64,000 nt of DNA from Lytechinus pictus. Its lineage: Eukaryota. A program made the position numbers and the translations under genes. Location: assembly GCF_037042905.1 (NCBI RefSeq), contig NC_087245.1, positions 19,284,001 through 19,348,000 on the forward strand, written 5' to 3'. The notes beneath the pieces are model-generated. The model made no database searches, was not told the origin of the DNA, and worked only from the letters and a program-made list of their open reading frames with translations. Shown piece by piece: positions 51,701 to 63,700 of the stretch (the first letter of the stretch is position 1; each line of letters opens with the position of its first letter).

Positions 51701-54700
51701 CAAACATCAATAGCTCTGAAAGAGTTCATTCACTTACACTGCACATCAAGATCAGCTGATGAGCTGGCATGTCCGTAAGAGTTGACTGCTTTGCACGTGT
51801 ACTCCGCAATATCATCAAACTCGGAATCTTGAACAATGAGGGTGTACTTGCGGTCATCATAGAGCATCTTGTACTTGATACTGATAGTGATTTCCTTCTT
51901 GCCTTTGAACCAGGTGATGAGAGGTTCAGAGAGGGCAGAGACCTCACAGTCAAAGCGACCAGCATTACCTTCGATCGCCATGGTGTCTTCCAAGGGTTTG
52001 ATGAACTTTGGTGCCGCATCTCGGACATCTGTAAGTATATACAAACAATGCATATTCACCATGATTACGATATTCATACAATGATATTTATCTACAACTC
52101 ATTGCAGAAACAAGAAGCATTTACATGTACCACAATTCGTTTATTCAGTAAGACAATATAATAAAATAAGATGAGATGAAAACATAAGCTTTACTTTCAA
52201 TTTGCAATATAAATTTTAAATTATTAAATCTTTTGTTTTTACAACAACAACCCCCCCCAAAAAATTATATAAAAAGAAATCAAATTCTTATTAATGTTAA
52301 CCATATCGAATTAAAGAATACACTAGCCAGTGTAAAGCACATTTAAAAAAAAATATGAAGCACTGTCTTCCGTAAATGAAAATCTTCACATACCCATGTA
52401 GCATTCTCTTTCCATCAGAGGTTTCCCACGGTACATCTTGTGCATCTCACGAAGAGCGCCACCATGGGCAAGATGTCCAATGGCATTGATAGTTTTACCA
52501 GCACCCTGGTGAGAAGACATGGTGAAAAGAAGAAACATAATCATATTTGGTATTATTGATATCAAAGGGTACATCTCTGACAATGAAAGACGATTTCATA
52601 TAAAATATAGTAAAAAATAAACCTTGTAGACCATCATAAATCGAGAATGATTTTCCTTGAAATCTTAATGGCTCAAAGAATATGTAGAACTATAATAGCA
52701 TTCTTTAAAAAAGCTTTGATTTTTGACAGAATATAGCAAGAATAAATATGAAAAAAAAAGCAAAGATAAAGAAGGAAAACATACCTTTGGCTTATTTTTG
52801 TCATGGTACCTGCGGAGTCTGCTGTTGTCAAGACGACGAGCACGACGTCTAGCCATTTCATCTGTCTCCATCTAAAATTTTGAAAATAAAGAGGAAAATT
52901 TGTATATAAGATATATACCATGTAGGCAATATAATAGAAAAGTATTAATTCATAACAGAATAGTTGCAGTTAAAATAACAAATGGATTGTGTACACTGAG
53001 TTTCACTATGTTCATCTACCTGTTGTCAAATGCATCGTTTTCATTCTTACTGTCAAATCATGCCTTATTTATTTACATTATAAAGAAGATTGTGCAGACA
53101 TTTCCAAATTCCGGAATAAATCTAAAGCGTAAATGAGATGAATGGGGGAAACTCTCTTTAATTGGTGGCAACGGTGGGATAACTCTAGATAAATCTACCC
53201 AATACATACCTGGAGCCATGGATGGTCAAGAGCTTCTTGAATGGTCATTCTTCCTCTGCAAACATCAAAGCAAACAATATTTTAGAATTGTACATATATA
53301 AAGATGAAGAGTCTATTGTGATGTAAAGAGAAGATACGGACGTAAGCACCCCATTTCACCTTTTCCTTTCTCTCTTCTCTGTCACACACTGCTTCCTTCA
53401 ATTATTTCATTTTCATACCCCATTTTCTTTTTTCTTTCAATGTAGCTTACTCGACCTTCTTTACCTTTCCTGTCACTATCAAGAGATCGCTCTACAATAT
53501 TGACAACAATGAAAACAATATTTCCATTCTGTGATTTGTAGAGCAATATCATACAGAGACCAAAAGGTGCTACACAAATATTCGAGCATAACTCTAAGTC
53601 ACAGATAACTCTTTGTGACACACACACCCTCAGTTCTATTACCAACCGTGGGACAAATGTTCACACTATGTGCACGATCAATGAAACTGATATTCATGGC
53701 AAGCTGTTGGAGAATTGTTACTCGAGGTAAACAGTTGATTAAAATTCGCAGATTGGAATTTGGTATTATGACAACTTTCACTGAGAGACAGGTTTTTATT
53801 GAAAGCATTTACTGTGAATTGGCCAAGGAATATTTACAATAAGATATAGTATTCCTTTTAAAATTAGAACATTAACTGAAATGTTACTTGGTATTGAACC
53901 CTCAGAAGGATAAGAAATTGTTCAACATACTCTTTATCCTTGATGATGATCCTCTCGATCCAGTCTAGACCTTCATCTGTGATGTCAGCGAATGCTTCCT
54001 CGTCAAATTCCCATTCTCCTATGGCGACGTTCTTAAGGGTCTCACGATCTGTCTCTCCCTCAAACGGTGATATACCACTCAACCTGAAAAGATATTGAGA
54101 AATAGTTGTATACTGTTTACCCCTTTGGAGATAGTTAATCAGAAATGACAGAAATTTCAAATACTATTTATGCGTAATCATTACTTTCACCTTTCGCACC
54201 AAAATCTTTATCTGGACTTATGAAATGAAAGTGTTTTTCAAGAAATTTTTGCATACAGTTTATGTCGTTATGATGTTAACTGACTAGTTTACTACTCATT
54301 CGAAGGTGAGAATGGATAAGTGAATTCTAGGTAAATCAATGTAATTAGTTTCTACTCACATAAGGTATGCCATCACACCCAGCGCCCACATGTCTGTCGG
54401 GAGTCCAATGGGTTCATGGGTCACGACCTCAGGCGCGATAAAATCAGGGGTGCCGAACATGACCTTGACAGGTTTGTCTGGGTCAAGCTCCATGGTTAGG
54501 CCGAAATCAATGATCTTGATGTCGTCGCTATTCCGAGCGCACAACATGACGTTCTCAGGCTACAGGAATGGAAAATAATTTTACAGAATTTAAGGTATTA
54601 CGTGACTGGATAATTTTGTATTGAAAAAAAATATAATCTTACTTGCATGCAAATTAGATGAACATATGATAAATTTATTTCCCCTTATTCAACTTACATT

Positions 54701-57700
54701 CCCTGATAAAGCAGTATCTTGAACAGCACAAGGACATGTATAAGTATAACAAAATTCTTACTTGAAATCTAGATCTTCTGTTGCCAATTCTAGACCAGAA
54801 TATATGACTTATACTACTGATGAAGTAAAAATGTAAATATCTTTCTGAAACTATTCCCTTGTATTATTTTGCATCTGCTGAAATTTATCAAAATAGTACC
54901 ATTTGATTTTTTATAAAGATTTATTATATAAATGATGTTATTGAAACAAGTTATATAGCACAGGGAAACTGACCTTGAGATCTAGATGGACCATGTGCCT
55001 CTCATGCATGTGTTTCACACCCTCACAGATCTGTTTCATGTAGAAGACTACTTCAGGTTCTGTAAGAATGTGGTTCTCATCAACCAGACGGTCAAACAGT
55101 TCTCCTCCAGACAAACTGAAAACAAGTAACAATAAATAGAACTTTGCTGTATTAAAAGAATTGGTCATCATAGTTATGTTTTTAAAAATGGGTGAATATC
55201 CAAATGAAAGATTGATTAGTTTTCTTAGGGAAAAATATTTGCATCTAATGAATTTTCTGCCTGTAAAATTTATGTTTATAAAATATAATGATTGACAGAA
55301 AACTTTACCCTTGTGACAAAATGGTGGCTTACTGGAGTATGCTATGAGCATTTTACTAAATATGTATTTGGCAACATGAATTAGGAAAAAAAAAATTTTA
55401 AAACAAATTATAATGCTTACAATTCAAGGATCATGATGATCTCTTCGTTGGTCTCAAAGACCTCATGAAGGTTGAGAAGACGACGATGGTGGAGTTTCTT
55501 CATGACCTCAATCTCTCGCCTGACCAGATCACGCTCTTTGCCATAGCAACGCATGAATTTGGCTGCCCATGTCTTCTGGGTCTTTTTCTCAATGGCTCGG
55601 TAGACAATACCATATGATCCTCTGTAGAGAAATGGATAAAGGGCTTTTGTTTTAAGTGAAGAAAATATGCAACACTGTGTGCTTTAGATTAATGAATAAG
55701 ATCAACAGTGGGTAATAAAATGTGTCAACAATGACATACTTCAATCACTGATTAAAAGGGTTTGTATACATATGAACATATACTGTAGCTCATTTACTAC
55801 TAGTTTATTTTAGAAATACAACAAATATTATTTATCATCAAAGATTGTCAAATGAAATATCTGAAGTAAAAAATATTTCAAAATTGACATTTCCTATATT
55901 TCCTTATGACTCTTAATTAATGAGTATATCATTACTTCTTTAACAATTTTGATCATTAATTTCAATATAACACAAGAAATATCCAAATTGTTTCATACCT
56001 TCCAAGTTCTTCCAGAATCTGGTAGTAATCATAAATGGAACCTGTCCTGTTGACAAACGGATGAGGACCTCTGTCAAAGTCAACAAGTGAGTCATAGAAG
56101 CGACGCTTTCCTTCATAGTCCTCGAACTGCGGTCTTCCAGGCTTGGATGCTAATATGGTGGACATAAAAGGTTGAAATATATTTTTAAACTAATTATGCT
56201 ACTAGATGTGAATTAATACTTGTATTTAAATAAGACAAAATAACTGTATAAACATATTGCAGGAATGGTATTTTTGTATTGACTTTATTGGAAAGTAACT
56301 AATGAAAAAAATGGTGCAATTCTCTATAAATAACCTTCTAAAGGGGTCGCTTTTAAGGAATTCTATACCTAAGAGTTATACACATGAAACAAGTTACTGT
56401 TAAAGTATTTGATATCAAAAGCATACTAAACAGGACAAATTATTTGAATCGTAATTCAAAATAAACTTTGAAGTATGCCTTTTGATTTTTTGATGTTGAG
56501 GAAGCTTACTTACATTTTGTGCAGACTACAGCGGTAGCTTCACAAGGCTCGCTGGCTCCATACATGTTGAAGGCAGTAATCCTGAACTGATACTGTGTAT
56601 CTGGACGGAGGTTGATAACAGTGTGCTGGGTGTTCTTGGAGCTGATGACCCTGGCCCAGGTGAGGACACCGACCTCTCGTTTCTCCACCATGTACGTAGT
56701 GATGTTCGAACCTCCATCGTAGATGGGTGGGTTCCAGGACAGGCGGATGGCTTCTGAGGTGATCTCCAGGCACTCAAGGTTGCGAGGAGGATCAGGGTGT
56801 CCTAAAAGAGATAATTACAATCAAATTATTTACCAACTGAAAGATAACTAGAGAAAAGAAAATGTTCTTGCAAATGCAACTAATTACTAAGATAAGATAC
56901 ATTTCCTTGCTGAATAGATATTACTGGATTCTCAGCAACCTACGGCTTCTGTCAAACAAGTTTAAACGCATAGTTAGAATGACATACTAATTGCAATTAA
57001 TCTTCAATACTATAATCACGTAAAATCAGTAAGTGCCGTTTACTTACTTAGAATATTGACTTGAATGGAGCAGGTATCATGACCCAGTTCATTAGAAGCC
57101 ACCACGCTGTACTTTCCAGCATCTTCCTTGGTGATTCCACGTATGATGAGTGTGGTATCATGAGGTGTATTCTTGATCTCAAAGCGACCTCCGTCCACCA
57201 CATCCACACCATCTCTGTCCCACCTGAGGCTCGGTCTGGGCACGCCACTGAAGGGTACCTTGAGCATGATGTATTCGCCAAGGAGACAGTGGATCGGTGT
57301 GCGGAGTCTGGGTGGTAGGCTAAGCTTGGGCATGACTAATTACATTGAAAAAAGAGATACAGGGAATTAATTAGAGCTGAATTTATCCATCCACTGCTGA
57401 AAGTAGCTACTTTTAGATAATTTCTCTAGGAGCCAGTGCAGAAAAAGTTGCAATTAAATGCAACTCGACTTTCAAATAATTTATCAAATAATTTAAAGTA
57501 CCCATTTAGGACTATCATTTATATACAAAACTTTCTGCAATAGACCAATTGCCTTTCCTTCCTCAGCTAGTCTAGTCCAGGACACGGGTATCATGTATTT
57601 TCATTATATCATCATCATTTCATCTTCTTCTTAACTCTCTCTTCAAGGTTTAATCTAAATTAACATGAATTTAACTTAAAATTTTTTTCAACTGTTTTTA

Positions 57701-60700
57701 TGTTTTTTTCATTAAATTTATACTTTTAATTTGATATTTCATAATATGCTTGACTTCAAACATTCCTATAATTGTTTGTTGCTAATCCCTTAGTACTGTA
57801 AAACTACATTATTATTCATGTACATTAAGGATTGGGATTGTTGTGGGTAGGGATGTATAGGAATATCTGTGGGTAAGTGGATTTTCCTTTTTTACTTGAA
57901 ATCAGTTTCAAAAGTTTTATATTTCTGAAAGTAACATTATGTTTGAACTTACCAAGCACATTGAGTCCAAAGGCAGCAGTGATGGTTCCACCCTTGTTGG
58001 TAGCAGTGACTGAGATCTCTCCCACATCTTCTGAGAAGAGTTGGTTAGCAGTAAGGGTGTGGATGTTACCATCCCCACCAATCTGGAACTTGCGACCATG
58101 GACGATCTCACGACCCAGGCGGTACCATCTTACCTCTGGAGCTGGGTAACCACTGACTTGACATGTCACAGTCACGCTCTTGCCCTCGGCAATATGAGCA
58201 TTCTGAGGTTTGCTGACAAACTGTGGAGGTACTGTATCTGTAAAATGGAAAAATGGAAGAAAGATACGCTTGGGTTATCATTTGAATTTTGCATTCATAA
58301 TCCCCATAAACTTACCATTTGGTTACAAGGTTTCCCTAATGAATTTGATAAAATAATGCAAATGAGACAAAACTTGCAATAGACAGATGAGATTATCAAT
58401 GATGTAGCTTTTACCAACAATGCATCTAGCTAACACTATCTAACACTTTCAACGTGATCTTATTATATCATTGTAAATAATCTTAAACCTCATTCATTTT
58501 AACACTTTCTCTTAAAAATTTGGGAGCTGCATGATTTCCTAGTATTTGGGTAAATCTTCAGTTCTTTTTTGGAAACGTCCACTGCAGAACCACCAGAAAT
58601 AATTCTTAAAGCGTGGGAACAACAGCATAAAGGATGAGTTTTTCTTGAACTCTATTACTACTTTGGTCATCAATATGTGATACTTTTCAAATGATCTTGA
58701 TTAAATTGAGTTGAATGAAACAAACCTACCGATTGGATCTCTGACGATCACCCTCTGAGACACAGTTGAAGGCACACTAGCTCCCATGCTGTTCTCAGCC
58801 ATGACCCTGAACTCGTACTCTGTATCTTCCCTGAGGTTGATAAGAGTATGACTGGTGGTTGTGACAGGCTCGTGATTGGCCTGGATCCATCGCTGACTGG
58901 TGGTATCACGTCTCTCAATGATGTAGCTTGTGATTGGAGAACCTCCATCAGATGATGGAGCGGTCCAGGAGACATGGACAGAGTCACGTTGGATGTTGCT
59001 GATGGTTGGCCTGCCTGGAGCACTTGGTGGGTCTGCGATGATATTAAAAAAATTGATTTTCGATAACTAATACAATTTTGATTTAGGTTTATGATGATAT
59101 ATTTGACATAAATACATATAAAAATTTTACCCTATTTTCCGTTCTTAGAACATAAATGAAAAAATGCATTTTGCAAGTGATTATTCTACATGTTTAATCT
59201 TTTGGATTATACACAAAATGAATGTCGACTCTATTAAAATGAAGATACATGTACTATTTCTAGGAAATCCCCAGTGACTTGCAAGTTGTTGTTGAAGGAG
59301 TTGCTGTTTCAGTTTGGTGATATTGGAGTGATGTGCCCTACAAGAATATTCCTTATCGAAGGTATTGTTCTTGTACTGAAGATACCATTGAATAACAACC
59401 TATCCCAAGTTTTCTATATCATATTAATAAAACAACAAAGTCAAAGCAAAGTGATTTTTAAATGAAACTTAGAATCAAAATTTACCGAATGGACTCTTGA
59501 CAAGGATAGCTTCCCTGATCTCAAGAGGCATGCTAGTGCCATACTGGTTCTCAGCCGTCACTCTCAGTACGTAATGGGTATTGTCCTTCAGGCTCTTGGC
59601 TGTGAAGTTCGGCAGCAATGAAGTGCCGAGAGGCTGCCAGTGCGCACGATTTGACTCTCGGATGGAGACTTGGTAACGTTGGATGGGTGCACCACCATCG
59701 TCACGGGGCGGGGTCCAGGTGAAGGAGGCAGAGTTCTTGGTGATAGACTGGATCGAGATTGGTCCCTGTGGAGGTCCAGGTCGATCTATACATAGCCAAA
59801 GCAGGTAGAGTTTGCAACAACATTCATGCATCCATATAATGATTAATTTATAGCAAGAAATCCTAAAGATTTAACTAATTTATCTTTACAGTTAAAAAAA
59901 TGTTTTTTTCTTCACATTCGTCTTGTGAACCATCCAACTGCTTGACCTTTCCTTCTATATATTGCTTCTACTTCATTGTTGTAGCCTGTAAAGCAAGATC
60001 TTTGACACAATTCCAACTTAATTTTCTACTCTTAACTGAAACATGAACAATCAACAAATTACCGCCTCACATTTATTTGACCTTACCTAGTACATTGACC
60101 CTCGCTGTAATGGAGTGTCTTCCAAGGTCATTAATTGCTTCCAGTGTGTAAGTACCGGAGTCCTCTCTCTCTGCATCCTTGACATATAACTCAGCAATTC
60201 CTCCAACCACATTTACCCTGTAATAGAAAACATAGTTTAGTAAATCCATTACTAATATGTTTCTCTTTATATACATTATATCATATACCTATGTCGCTAA
60301 GAGGTAAGAAATACAATTCACTATTGACAACATACTTAGAAGGGGATAGGAAATGGCACTGAGAACTTTTAAGTAAATTTCTATATCTCATAATTGTTGC
60401 ATGGAAGCATTAATTTGCATAATGAAAATCTTCTGGAAGGATCTGCAAATGTGATAAGCAAGAATAATTATTCAATTTCAAGCAGTTCCAGAGATGATAC
60501 ATTTTCATTTTGTTCTCCCCGTATTCAGAAGCGAGCACTATTACCTTTCTATTAATGATAAAACATTACACTATTCAAAATACACTAACAAGCTACAACT
60601 ATATTTAAGAAAACCCAGATGATTATACATGTATTACTATTTATATCACACTATAAGCACATGCCATTTTTGTCCAGAATTTCTGCAGCTATTTTCTGGA

Positions 60701-63700
60701 CATTTAAGTCATACACAGTACTTTCCAGCTATGTATTTCCAAAAACAGCTTAACTCCTGAAAACAGCCCAGAAACCTTCGTTATGAGAAAATGCGTTTTT
60801 CATTCAACCTTTTTATTTTTTCATTCTAAAATAATGCTTGATCAATTTTCGAAGTAAAAAAGCGGGCTAATGACATCATGCCAGTAAGCTTCCATTTCAA
60901 GCTGTACTTAATGTGATATAACCTCAAATAAATTTGATATTCATATAAATGCTAATATTTGCTGAAATCTACTTTCTCATTCTCACTCATGCTTTTCATT
61001 TTGCTTTTTCGAAAGTCAAATCTTATTGTGTTTGTTTTTGGTGAATAATAAAAAAAAAGTTCTTTATATCTGTGAAGACTATATCAAATTTACAAAAATG
61101 TCATAACAATATATTTTCAAAGTTTATATTTATATTTCAAGATCTCATAGTTCAATTAAACATGAATGATATCTAAAGTTATCTTCCTACACCCCAAACA
61201 AAATGCAATACATTAAGAGGATTGCATGATTTAACATAGCATTTATATATTATATATATATCTATTATCACCTAAACTATACGAACATACACATGTGTAC
61301 TAAACTATATTCTATGATGGATTGACTTTGGAAATAAAGCATTCTAATACATATCTGTCAACAGAATATAAAAACTAGGTCTGCATAGAACTCAATGTAC
61401 TATTCATGCACCTATCATTTACAAGATGATAATGATTTCAATACTGGACATTTTATGTTGCCCACACATGAAAACGGTGCGTATAAATAAGTTCTGAAAC
61501 AAAGAGTTAGCAACATCATGAAAATGCTAAAGAAATTGAATCTATAGTCTTGATGATCAAACAGCTGGATAAATATATATGTATGGTATGAATGAATATA
61601 TGATAAAATCTGCATATTAAATACCAGCACAAAAACGTTTTGTTATGAAACATCATTTTTGCTTTAAAAACTGTTAAAGCCATATTGATTAGTATGTCAA
61701 TAGCCTGAATATTTGATACACAAATATAATTGATATGAAACTGTCAGTTTACAAACATATTTCTTTTCTATATATTTGTACGCTTATATTTGAAACTTGT
61801 TGAAAATCAACGACAAAATATCATTATCAATTCATATTTAATGTATGCCAAATACAAGTACAGGGCATAGAGAACAAATAAGTTGACACTATATTTGCTT
61901 AAATTAAAATGATTAAGTTTGCTTTTGATATCAAGCATCAAGAAAACAGAATACATTTGTAAACTTTTTTTTTCTACAAAACAAAATGAGAAACACATAG
62001 CGATAAATAAAGATGATCATTATTATTATTGCATTAGTGTAGCCCATGGGCTCCAGCATAAAATCCAGTTTGTTAAATGCCAACACTAATTCAGCCTGTA
62101 AAATGGAATAGATAGTGTTATTTAGTTAGCAACTGTATGATTATTTCAATTCACAGAAAACGAAAATCCATGAGGCAGATAATAGCTTGATATGAAGACA
62201 TATTGAATTGAACACTTGGAACTAATCTGTTAAGATATCATCTTTATTATTGGTAATGTCTAAATCATTATATTACAATTTGCATAATTTCTATGCATGT
62301 AATTTATATTGCATAAACCCTTTTATCACAGTTTATTTAAAAACAAGAAGAAATAGATTACTGAAATTGTACCGTCACGACTGGACAAATTAGATCATTC
62401 ACACACAAATAAAAATAAACAATACATGGCTAAAGCAATAAGGAAAAGTTGGAATCATACAACTAAGAAGCCAGGTGTTTTTTTCAAATTGTCTTCATAT
62501 CAATAAACATTAAACGAAGCTGAACGTTGGATAAATATGGTGAAGTATGCAGCGATAAGAACACAGAATAGAAAGAAATGTGTCTATGCCTCAGTTTCTT
62601 TGATGAGAGTAAGTTAGAGTTGGCCCAAACTGTCCCACATCCGGGCTCTCTTATCAGCTTCTCTGTCTTGAGCGTGTAGAATCCTGAGAGAGGATATTTA
62701 TCCTCTCCCAGATCTGGAAGCTCAAAGTCATGAACATGTCCTTTCTCTTTCGTGCTGTGAAAAGCGAATGTTTACATTATGGATGGATGAACTCTTTATA
62801 AGTGAATCAAATCAAAATTATTCTGAATGAAACACTTAGTCTTTATTCTTCTCTAATCTGTACAGCCCTCTATCATACTGCATACAAACTCATTTTAATG
62901 AAAAAAGTATCAAAAGAGTTGTTACAGTATGAAAAGACTTTATTTGACTATTGTTAATCACTCATTTAATCTATGGCAAGGTCTATAGAAATAAGAGATG
63001 ATAAGAATTTAATAGTCTTCATTTAATATACTCATGATATTTTTGTAAATATTTCCTGAAATGCTGTACAAATCACTGTACTATTTAGAATCAATATCTT
63101 CCTCTCATGGTTTGCAGGAGACGTTTTTTATCATAAACACTTTTATTCAATAAAAAAAAAAAAAATTCAATGATATGAACAAATATAAAGCTACCACAGA
63201 GAAATAAGTAATACAATATGTAATCATACTGAAGATCCTTCGGAGGGAAGACTTTTTCTATTACCTGTAGCGTCCACGTGTGTCAAGAACTTCGCCATCT
63301 TGTCTGCGCCATGTGAATGTTGGTTTGGGTGTTCCATAGGTCAGTGTGACCGGAATGTGGATTTCCTGTCCAGCTCTGACTGATAGATCTTGGAGATGAC
63401 GGTCAATGCTAAGTTGAGGTGGTCCTGATATGGAATAGAAAATATCGGATATGTTGAATACCACAATTTAAACTATTGAAATTGATATGAGAAATGTGAC
63501 CAACAAACCGCACATGACAAAATAAGGAGGAAGAGGTGGTAAATTCATAGAAAATTTAATAGTGTATAACTGATTTGAATGAACAATTTTAAATCAAATA
63601 TTCATTGGATTTACCATTACTCAACAACAGGTACTGATATATAATTACATAATTCAATTCTTTAATTATATGTGGGTTATGGAAGGTGATCATAATGTTC

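Noticed and set aside
51769..58382. Plus-strand ORFs opposite the Ig and kinase exons
   Set aside because: Antisense shadows that coincide with the minus-strand exons
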